The position numbers and the translations under genes were made by a program. The notes below the pieces were generated by a model. It made no database searches. It saw nothing but the letters and a program-made list of their open reading frames with translations, and was not told the origin of the DNA. A stretch of DNA of 64,000 bases from Phoronis australis (lineage: Eukaryota; Animalia; Phoronida), in NCBI GenBank assembly GCA_002633005.1, contig NMRA01000094.1, positions 395,067 to 459,066 of the forward strand. The letters run 5' to 3'. Of this stretch, positions 40,372-50,816 are shown one piece after another. Positions within the stretch are counted from its first letter, which is position 1. Every line of letters begins with the position of its first letter.

Positions 40372-41745
40372 TTAACTTTTCAATACATTTGATTAAAGAT
40401 ATACAACAACCTCCTAACATCCTCACCTATCTCTGGAGATGGTAAGCAATATACATGGGAATGAGAGTGATAACCATTTTGTAATTGACACGTGTTGGTT
40501 ATCAGGAAAACTGTTTTTATGTGTTAAGTAGAATACTAATTCAAAACTAATAAGTGAATGTGACTATCAAAATATAAAATGTGAAATAAGTTTAAACTTT
40601 AAAACATTACTTATTATCATGTAATAAGAATACATTTTAATTATTTGTTTTTTAAATTAGAACTCGCCTCAGCTTCTATGAACTTATTCTCTGGTCCATG
40701 TTGTTGATGGTTCTGATGCATGCCCATGTAAACAATAAAGGACAAACAACAAACAAAGTGTCAAGCAGGCAATTGGTTCAGCATGGTTTAGTTGACTTCT
40801 GGCATAAATCAAAACACGGCGCTGTCTACCAGTGTGAAAACAAGACATTAAATTACATTACATTTAGGATTATGATTTAGGAATATGTGGAGCTATTAAA
40901 CTTTTCAGATTTTGGTCTTTATTTAGTGATTATCATGATTAGTTTTTCATCTTTTTAACTCATGCCTTCTTGTCAATTTTAAAGAGAGACATTAAATAAT
41001 GTCACATCACGGTTCACGCAGGTACAATTCCGAATTTCGTGATCCAGGGTGGCATTTTTTTTCTTCCCATGGTCTCCAACATCTTCCTGTTTCGTTTCTG
41101 AACGCCAATTTAATCTCCTTGAAGCTCAGCAGAAAAAAATTATTAGTTCATTCTTAAAAAGATTGCGAGATCAAAGTTCTTGTTTTGACAAAAATCTGTA
41201 TTACGACTGCAAGATATGACGAAGTAATCATTTGCTATGAAATCATTTCATACAAGCCACCCAAGACACTGAAAAACACAACGAGACCAGTCAGTGAAGG
41301 TGTGACAAAAATGCTCAATAAAGTAGGTGACAGGTTGCTACCACTTAAAAATGCCCAGCATCGGCTTTTCCAATACAAAACATATAGCATAGCAGGTCAG
41401 AGCAGAGATAACACCACGCAACAGAAACTTGACAGGTATTCCTTTAGGTCCCTTATTATTTATAGTCCAGAGCACCTTTAGGATTTGTTTTGCAAGAATA
41501 TTTTTGCATCTGGAACTTTCCAAAAGATTATAAGTATTTCTTTACAAACACCGGGTAGCAACAGAAAAACAACAAGTTCATTAAATTAACATTGTCTTTT
41601 TACATATTTTTATAATGTGGTCCATCTGTCTGATTTTAACAAGATGAATTTTACTAAGAATAACTAGATGATACTGTAAACTTTAACTTTTCAGCAAACA
41701 CTTTTGAAATTGAAAAAGGTCAGTGTATCTAGTTTAAATGTGTAG

Positions 41746-41911
41746 AAACTACTTTACTTGATGTTAAAGCTGTCTTCATAATATTTAAACTACTTTACTT
41801 GATGTTAAAGCTGTCTTCATAATATTTAAACTACTTTACTTGATGTTAAAGCTGTCTTCATAATATTTAAACTACTTTACTTGATGTTAAAGCTGTCTTC
41901 ATAATATTTAA
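41746..41911. repeat. 41-bp tandem repeat, 4 copies
   Basis: Unit AAACTACTTTACTTGATGTTAAAGCTGTCTTCATAATATTT. Confidence 0.95.
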
Positions 41912-42846
41912 TCGATTTAAGGTTTTTTAGTGCAAGGTACCTTTTATTTTCTGTAAGTTTCAGTAAAAATGCGATCTAAGATTATTTTTAAAGGTTGAAA
42001 AGTTGTAATTTTATAGGTGTGATGGACATACGTGACGCAGGTACAAATTTGCCGTACATCTGTTACACAATTTCTGACTTAACAAATAATCCCTGGGATC
42101 TAAAATTTTGGACAGTAGTATTGAGTAACAAATTCAAAGAGACTCTTAAATAATTTTAATTTTGGTTGAAAACTTTTAACGTAACTAAACTTATTCACTT
42201 TGTGGTACCATGATACATATCCAGTTGACTTTTGACCCCAGGAGGTGCCAAAGTTGAAATGTTTTTTTTATAAAGCTTGAACTTCGTGTGATTGCACAAA
42301 TTTGATAATTATCTTATTTATGACAATAATTAGCAACACACATGAAAATCGACCTTTTCACAGAATTGCCCGGCTAATTTTTTAGGGTCAAGTGACCCCA
42401 AAAATGGGTCCGTTTAGGCAAAAATTGTCTCTCGGTTGACCTTTTCAAGGAATTGCCCAATTCAAACAGCTGCGAATAACACCCGTACGTAATGGTGTTC
42501 TAGTTAGACCCCTATTCAATACAACTGTTATGACCTTTTGTTGTTTGTGCAGGGATCTTGCGGTGATGCAATATGGCACCAAAAGGCAGCTTCACCTATC
42601 ATTTGACGGGCCTACATCTGCATGATTGAACTCGCATGTTCTCATTTTGTTAAGGCTTTGCTAGGAGTACCTGGTTAGCTCAATACATCTAAAATAACAA
42701 AATTCCGTTAAAGTTAGGCTTCAAAACCTCAAGGCATTAAACAACCTTGGAAAGGAATTGACAAACCTGAACATCATGCCAAGGCACATTACAGATTCAG
42801 TGTCAACACTGCAGTCGTTGAATATGTAGTACAAATAAGAGCAGAG

Positions 42847-43119
42847 TCTTCTGATATAGGCTGTACAACAAGACATGGTGCGCAGTCAATTATCTTCTGA
42901 TATAGGCTGTATAACAAGACATGGTGCGCAGTCAATTATCTTCTGATATAGGCTGTACAACAAGACATGGTGTGCAGTCAATTATCTTCTGATATAGGCT
43001 GTACAACAAGACATGGTGCACAGTCAATTATCTTCTGATATAGGCTGTACAACAAGACATGGTGCGCAGTCAATTATCTTCTGATATAAGCTGTACAACA
43101 AGACATGGTGCGCAGTCAA
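42847..43119. repeat. 46-bp tandem repeat, 6 copies
   Basis: Unit TCTTCTGATATAGGCTGTACAACAAGACATGGTGCGCAGTCAATTA. Confidence 0.95.
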
Positions 43120-43864
43120 GTATCTACTGGAAACGTGATTAAAATGGAATGGATAACTAGATAATTAAACTTATCATTGACAAATAATTCACTTCCACTT
43201 GTCACTAAAATGTAATAAAACATGCTACCTAATTTGATTCAAAACTGAATGATGGATTCCCTAATGATTTGACCAATAATTCACAGAAACCAGTGTAGAA
43301 GATAAGATAGCAAAAGTGCACATCTGTAATGACAGCACCTGATAGTGTAATGTATGGTAAAACCTGATTAACTGCTCTGCTTCAATTACCTGGTAGTTTG
43401 ATGCCACTTTCCCACTCCATGGGATTCCCGGACTTAATAAGCCATCACAACTTCAAAATAAGTGAATTAATGTGCAGAGATGCATAGCTCCGCTGCAGTG
43501 GAAACATTTACTCCACATCGATTGGAATAAACACTAGAGGTCATCGCATCAATCACACGAGTCTAAACGAGACATTGTCATTCGCGCTCTCAATAGTCAT
43601 GTATAAAGGAATAAACGGAACAGAAATGTAACAGAGAATAACACCAATCAGTCTGGCATTATTCACTGTAAATGGCGAGAGATGTTTATTAATGCTGAAT
43701 CCACGAGAGTGTGATTCAAATACGCCATCTGGTGTTTGATCCCAGTAACTCTGATGTCGTCAGTCAATGGGAAAGGTAAGTCGGGCTTGTGATGGAATTG
43801 CCATAGACCAGAGTTCCCTTAATGGAAAAGCGACACAATTGTAATACATAATGCATTTAACTAT

Positions 43865-44403
43865 TGTAGTAATAGCCGAGATCACCCGACTCGGAAATCG
43901 AACCAGCGACCCTCATAAAACCGGCAAGCGTGCTAACCATTCAGCTAATAGGCAATTGCCCGTTAGCGAGTAGCTAACAGAGGCTCACATAATTCACCGG
44001 AAGCACATCTACAACATTCCCCCCTTTCCTACGGAACGGGCACGCAACCAGGAAGGTGAACACCAGGATGTCTCGCATACAGGTCATCAACGTCCCTTGG
44101 TACCTTTATCACCATAACACAGGTGAACACAAGGTAGTCTCTCATACAGGTCCTGGACTCCTGGAACCTTCCACGTGCGCCGTCCCGAGGTCCGTGGGTA
44201 CTAGTTGGCAGTGCTTCATCGGTTGATCATCCGTTTGTGGACTACGCCATTTGTAATAATTGCCAAGATCACCCGATTCGGGAATCGAACCAGCGACCCC
44301 CATAAAACCGGCAAGCATGCTAACCATTCAGCTAATAGGCAATTGCCCATTAGCGAGTAGCTAACAGAGGCTCATATAATTCACTGGAAGCACATCTACA
44401 ACA
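43865..44403 (-). mobile_element. TRIM (miniature non-autonomous LTR retrotransposon) with tRNA-like Pol III promoter in its LTRs (Helenus-like)
   Basis: Two 152-bp TG...CA LTRs (43865-44016, 44252-44403; 10 mismatches counted). TSD CTAT on both sides. PBS TGGCGTAGTC (44249-44240). PPT AGGAAAGGGGGGAA (44030-44017). A box TAGCTGAATGG and B box GGTTCGATT(C/T)C in each LTR. Confidence 0.88.
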
Positions 44404-44565
44404 CTATAGTACCTGATGCACTTATTAGTCTTAGTATGTTTGAGTTTCAATACCACAGTTTGAACTATATGTGTGTGCCACTTTCTTTAATAAGCCGCAT
44501 GTGTGCAATCTAGCTTTAGTAGACAGAACCAACGTCTCAACTGGCCTCAGACTGAGGCTCAGTGG

Positions 44566-44745
44566 AAGCGATGGTGCTGTCTATACTGTGTTGTATTACT
44601 GCAGGTTCACTAGCTAAGCTAACTAAGCGATGGTGCTGTCTATACTGTGTTGTATTACTGCAGGTTCACTAGCTAGGCTAACTAAGCGATGGTGCTGTCT
44701 ATACTGTGTTGTATTATGACTGCAGGTTCACTAGCTAGGCTAACT
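44566..44745. repeat. 59-bp tandem repeat, 3 copies
   Basis: Unit AAGCGATGGTGCTGTCTATACTGTGTTGTATTACTGCAGGTTCACTAGCTAAGCTAACT. Confidence 0.92.
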
Positions 44746-45420
44746 GGAACAAGAGTGGTAAAAGCTCAGTCAGCAGATGAAACAGTTTATATTCTAAAAA
44801 CATTGCAATTGAGCGCTTTCTTTAGGTAATATTACATGTTTTGAAGATGTTGAATAGTGGGTGTCGATCATGGGTACAAACTATCATGAGCCAAGTGCAC
44901 AGGTGGACTTTGGGGAGCACAAGGGGCCTAAATTACAGTCTTCCTCAAATTAATGTTTCCTGGGAAAAAGATAAATTCGATACTCTCCAGAAATATCTCT
45001 GAATACAGTGAACCACACAGCCTCTACCTCTACCTGGACCCAGTACCAGTACAGTAGACGGTGAAGCTTCACACGCCGGAAGATTTTCGGCGAATTATGT
45101 CTCATACTGAATAAAACATCTAATTGCTTGCCTGTTAAATCCTTACTAAAAGTACCATGTCTGCATTGCTTTGTTTCCTTTTCTGTAACATGATTTCAAG
45201 ATGAAAAAATCAAACGTGATTCGCGATGACACATTTTCACGACACTTTGACCCACATCTTGTTCACTTTGTGATCAATAGAGAGCGCTGTAACATCGCGA
45301 CTACATCGCCACCTGTGGTAGCCCTAGGGCAACTTTACTTTGGTCCGCTAACATGTAGGGAGCAGGACAATGTCATGTAGCCAGATGCTGTCAGACGAAA
45401 AACATGCCACTTTGACACTA

Positions 45421-46378
45421 CAGTGGCGGATCTAGGATATCGAAATGGGGGGCCCAACATTTTGTCTGTAAACATTTGCTCAAAGCACGATTGTAGATGC
45501 GCATAGCACCGAATCGGGTCGGGAGGGGGGTTTGCCCGCCCAGGAAATTTTTCTGTTTTTTCCTCTAAAAATCAAGCATTTTCCTTGATTCCCGAAGTAT
45601 TATCCAAGAAAAAAAAAGGCAAAATAAAAAACACAGAGAAAGTGTCAAACAGGAAAAACTGCAAGCACTACAGACTCGAACTCATGACGTGGCAGATAGA
45701 GAGCGCGTGCTTTACCACTGCACCACCAGGATTTGCACTCCTAATTTGATTCTAACAGACCTACATGTTTATGGTTCACAGAGTTTACGCGCGAAACCTC
45801 CTTCTTTTGTAATGCTTATTACATGTTTTATATTTTGTGCAATCAGTTCGTAACAACTTTGTTGTATTTAAAATAGTCTTCAATTGCCGTTTTCTGTGTT
45901 GGCAATAATGACGCGATTGCTTTGGAAATCGTCTTAAGTTAAGGTTTGACAAAGAGAGAATTATGAGTTTCTGAGTGATTCACTAAGGCTTCGATCTTAC
46001 CAGCAGCTTCTGTTTTTTCATCATCACTCAGATTCCATTTTCTTTAAAAAATGAAGTAATTTTCTTCATTGCACAGTGGAGCAGACGACGGAAACGGAGT
46101 CGTGGTGCCCAGCGCCACTGCCGGTCGCCTGGGATATCGCGGGAGAGCCGATAGCTCCGTTACGATTGCGCCGTGTTCCGAATTTGACACTTGAAATTGG
46201 ATCTGAGCCACCCCCCTCCCCCCAACACTAAAACTGCACACATTTAAACCTTGTTTCAGCCGTATAATTTTAATTACCGGGGTTAATTATTAAACTCAAC
46301 ATTTCCCTACGGTCTTGCTGTTTTATTTTTTTGCGGCAGCCAAGGGGGGGCCCTACCCCCCCCCCAAATCCGACTACG
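45421..46378. mobile_element. Probable MITE (CAGTGGCGGATCTAGG terminus)
   Basis: Left end CAGTGGCGGATCTAGG...GGGGGGCCC; degenerate right end CCCCCCCCAAATCCGACTACG; CACTA on both flanks. Confidence 0.4.
45671..45728 (-). other. tRNA-like Pol III A/B-box segment (SINE head or tRNA pseudogene)
   Basis: Minus strand GGTGGTGCAGTGGTAAAGCACGCGC...CATGAGTTCGAGTCTG; no convincing acceptor stem. Confidence 0.55.
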
Positions 46379-48674
46379 CACTAAAGCAATGCTTAGCGAT
46401 CTTTTCTGTTTTTTGATAGCGTTCCTACTTCTCGGTCTCGTAAATTGCCTCTTTGGCGAACAGTTTTTGACCATACCCATGATTTCCTTGATGTGTTGTT
46501 TGGCAGTTGGGCCCAGCCGACCCCCTCGCTGGTTCTGGTGCCCGCTTTGAGTGGTAGCCACCACGCAGGTAGCAGGCAGTAGCACGCGCTGTATCATTGG
46601 TTGATATAACCTCGGCCGTCATTAGTTAGCTTTATAAAAAGTGAGAAAATGAACTATTTTTAGCCTATAATTAAGTGGCGTCACCGACGGTAGCAGCTAG
46701 CCAAGCAACTCATGGCTCCGGCACCCCGGTAGGGCGAGGGGGGCCCGGCGAATTGGGCAAAAACTTGAGGTCCGCCTTAACGAAACAAAAAGTCCGAGTA
46801 AAGAGACAAAAGTCCTCGCTGCCTGTTGAGGATTGCCCCATGACGTACCTTTCCCACCTGAAAATTGACCGTCGGACGACCATCGTCCGACGGTTGGAGT
46901 TAGCTAATGCGAACACAATAGCCCATTGAATTCAGTACAGCTGCTTGAGCTGCTTCATGGTCACGTACGTAATCCTTTATGACACCTCATTATGCCATAA
47001 AGCTACGTGCTGGTCGACTGTTGGCAAAAAAAATAAAGTTTATTTTAAAAATCTACCTGCCTAACAGAATTCCTCGCTTAAAACTAAGCATTTTAGAACT
47101 TTGAATTTTCTTTCTAGGCCAGAAAATATTTTTTTTTTAATATAAAAATTTACCACCTTGTGTACGAGCAGAGCGTATGTTGTGATTCGCCGCCATGAGG
47201 CAACTTATAATTTCCTACCAAAAGGCCAAAATGTACCACAATCAATTTGATTCAATAAAAAGCAAGTTTCATTATATAACATATTACACAATAAGAAGAA
47301 ATATTTTGTTAAAACGAATAGCAATTGAGAACTTGTTTTTAAGCGTAGGTATACAGTCGTCATTTTTCGAAGTAAACAATCCCACGTGCTTCAGTCGAAC
47401 TTCCAGTGATGTTGAGTACGCCTACGTAGTTTGCGATCGCGGATTTTTTTCAAAGTAGGCGAGAAGTGCCAAGCTGTGGATAAGCAGGGCAGACGCCGAC
47501 CGTGCATGGATGAGCGTGTAAGCACTAATCTGTTTCGTTAAGTTTCCCGACTGGCCTGGACACGGAAACTCGAAAGAGACGTGGACTCGAGTGAAATTCA
47601 ACACGGTCAACTACCCAAAGCTCAAGCGCTTAGGGAATAGAGGTAAGTACTAAGGTACACAGTGACAGGATACAACCAGAGAATGGTGCACATTTTAACG
47701 TAATATTTCTTGCGCGTTAGGTCTACTATTTTTGTTATGTGAATTTATAACAGCCTTCAGGCCTTCCCCGTATCAATTGTTTCTCGCAAACCTGCTCCCA
47801 TGTAAGTACCTAGGCCTACCCCTAGGCAACACGTAGCCCCTCCGCTCGCTAAATTTCACTTAAAAAAGCGCTTACTTTCTTCAGCGATCATTTCTGATTC
47901 TGTACATATCTTCCATGAAGCATGTTTGTTGAAGTAAGATGATTATGGCGAAGAATTCGAATTCCACTTTTTAGTAGCCGTTAACTTTTTCATCGCGCGC
48001 GACAGCCACAATCCATTTCCATTGAGTTAGGCAAGGACAAGCGCCAGACTGAGAGAGCACGTGACCTCGCGTGTGACACTTGCAAAATAGCATTGCAGAT
48101 ATTAGGTGGTTTTTTAAGATTCGTGTCCCATGCACTGTGTGCATTTACAGGCGTGACTTTACGTGACTTCCTCGGCATTCACGGCGATGTAATTTACCTT
48201 ACCTACCTCGTAATGACTGATTTTTTGAGAGTTCGATTTTAAGCTGAATTGTTGTGGAAATTTTTGTGAGGGTGGGTTGTTTGTGTGATTACGCCGAATA
48301 GATTTTTATTAGGCGATGGTCATTGCCTAGATTTTTATAGACTTTAATAATTACATTCAAAAGTGATGAAACCGTTAACATTAAAAAATACTAAATTACA
48401 GTCTTATTTGATTTAACTTATATTTTTCCTTCTGTATACTTTGTGTTTCATACTTGCCTTTGAGGAAAAGTGAATGAGATTTTCAACATGCATTACACCC
48501 TGCAAGTCGGGTACGTGTTATGAACTCTAACTTTGTATGCCTTTTTTCAGTCAGTGGATTTTTCAAAGGGAAACAACGCAGAGGTCCCAAAGCAAGAGTG
48601 TTGTTTAATGGTGACACAGTGAACTACTTAACACAAGATGGAGACCAAACAAGGATTAAAAAATACATGAATGA

Positions 48675-48840
48675 CCGGCCAATCAGAAACGCCGATGTAA
48701 AAAAAATTAGGGAAAATTAAGTCAGATACCTACTTGCTGGCTACCACCTAGCGGCATGCAGGGAACCAGCGAGGCACGCAGGTATTATTTAGTTTTCCTG
48801 GGGAAATTTTTTACACCGGGGTTTCTGATTGAATGGCCGA
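48675..48840. repeat. Imperfect inverted repeat (MITE-like hairpin)
   Basis: CGGCCAATCAGAAACGCCGATGTAAAAAAAATTAGGGAAAATTAA pairs with TTAGTTTTCCTGGGGAAATTTTTTACACCGGGGTTTCTGATTGAATGGCCG. Confidence 0.7.
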
Positions 48841-50202
48841 ATTCTGAACAGGTAGCGCTTTACACAAACAAACTGACATGATTGACGGAGGAAGTGTAAA
48901 TGTGGTCTGTTGTAGGCTACAGACAAATCGGTGCTTATTGTGGTTGCGCCTTTTCGGTATGCATCTTTCTACTGTAGCTGACTTTTGTTTACCTTGCTGA
49001 CCTGTATTCATACAGTATGAATATCGCACCAGTTAAATCGGCCAGATGTGTGTTTACTGTACATGTAGGCCCTATGTGCTTCAAGCTTGCGGCTATTAAA
49101 CATTACTTCAGAAACGAAATAGTTGCTACTACGCCACTAGCATGGTCAAGTTTGGAGAAGTCGAATTGCCCCCCTTCCCTTCTTACGGGCCTGGTATGAT
49201 ACTGAACAGTTTTTTACTTAGAAGTCTCATAATTAAAGCCTTTTTGTGTGCTTTTGTAGTGCATCTTGTTCAGCTTCTAGTTGGTCTGTATCCATTGTAA
49301 TTAGATTCAATATTAAACCTCTCATTGTTTTAACTAAATCGGACGATTCTCTTTCGGGTAATTGTAATTGTATCACATTATTGTATTTCTTAAAAAATGT
49401 TTCAAAAATGAGATAATATTAAAACTTTGTGTTGAAGTGATGGAAAGTGTTTGTAAACTTTCGAATTCTCAAAGTGAGCCTTTTGTAGAGGAAAGGCGCC
49501 GCCACTTTGGAACAAGTAGGAATTACAAAATGTACCCTTCCCACAGATCGGTCTTCTGTGAAAACGTTCAATATACACCCTTGAGCAGCAAGTCCCCGAA
49601 TTGGGGTTGAAACCTGGCCTGTGATGGTTGTTATTCGACCGTTTTCATCGAAGTTCCGTAATTGCTGAAGCACTGTTCAGAACATTAATTATTGGGAGGA
49701 ATAATTCTGACGCCTAGTGAAAGACGCGGACCTGCTAAGTGTTGCCCACAAGATACTAGTGATGTGTCTTTTATTTGGCTCAGTGTAGAAACTGAAAACA
49801 CGTTCAAGAATGTCTGTCTATTGGCAAATAATGATTAATTTATTTCAATTACTGTCCATGACCTCAGTACAAGTAATTAAGTTGTACCGTAAAACTCTGG
49901 CTGCCTAATACTACAGCCTTCATATAGTTAGAGTATGTCTCCATATTGGAATATCAAAAGCCATGGCTTTATATTTGGAGTCGTTTGCACCCTGGGGTGA
50001 ACAAAATCATTCATTGATTAATGGAACTTCAACATATGGGTCTTGCTTTGAAAATACACCAGGAAGGGAACAATAATAAATCTGAACTAATTGATATACA
50101 TGTACATAATTCATTAAATACACGACACTTTGTTCTTAACAATCTTTATTCCGTTCTGTTCGTATCATCGGAACAAAGATCTACACTGAACAGAACAATT
50201 GG

Positions 50203-50219
50203 CACATACACACATGCAC

Positions 50220-50251
<32 letters not shown>

Positions 50252-50265
50252 GTATATGTATATGA

Positions 50266-50298
<33 letters not shown>

Positions 50299-50440
50299 TG
50301 TGTGTGTGTGTGTGTGTATACATGTTTCATTGAAAACACGACAGATCAAAGTCGTGTTTTCAATGAAATATATATGTATATATTTATTTATGTATATATT
50401 TATATATATATATTTATATATATCTTGTATAGTATACATA
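50203..50440. repeat. Compound (CA)n/(TA)n/(TG)n microsatellite with embedded 18-bp perfect hairpin
   Basis: Dinucleotide runs; stem TTTCATTGAAAACACGAC / GTCGTGTTTTCAATGAAA at 50325-50368. Confidence 0.9.
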
Positions 50441-50816
50441 AACCATTAGGGACACCGTTATCAATTTTCGTCTCTTTAACACGTGTGTTAGTTTACTAAA
50501 TGTAAAAAGGCAAATTAATCACACTTGAAAATTTCTTTTTAATTTTAAAAACGGTGGCTGTAGTTATTTTCATAACAAATTAGAGATTTGGAGACCAAAA
50601 ACAAAAGTAGGGTACATTAAAGAGGCCATCGCCAATTTAGAACATAGAAAACTCCTCAAAAAGATACCGCTGAATAGTCCGAAGCTTCACAAGTCCGACA
50701 AATGCTGGCATTTTTAAAAAGTCCATACGGTAGGTCCCAATGGTCATAAATCTAAAGTGCGAAGGATTATGAGTCCGAAAGTTCACAATTCCGACAAAAA
50801 TTTAGGGTTTCGTTAT

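Larger units (their letters stand above)
38471..42458. mobile_element. About 4-kb non-autonomous DNA transposon with 4-bp TSD AATT (Sola-like by TSD; family uncertain)
   Basis: AATT|GGGCAATTCC...GGAATTGCCC|AATT; subterminal GTGACGGAC(G/A)TAC motif repeated near both ends. Confidence 0.68.

Noticed and set aside
44270-44345. Functional tRNA gene in the TRIM LTRs
   Set aside because: A and B boxes are present, but the anticodon and acceptor arms do not pair canonically and there is no oligo-T terminator. Treated as a tRNA-derived promoter.
46307-46929. GC-rich short ORFs on both strands
   Set aside because: No recognisable domain or splice structure; probably repeat or promoter sequence.
50021-50499. 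ORFs rich in HT/YI/CV dipeptides
   Set aside because: Dinucleotide microsatellite translations.
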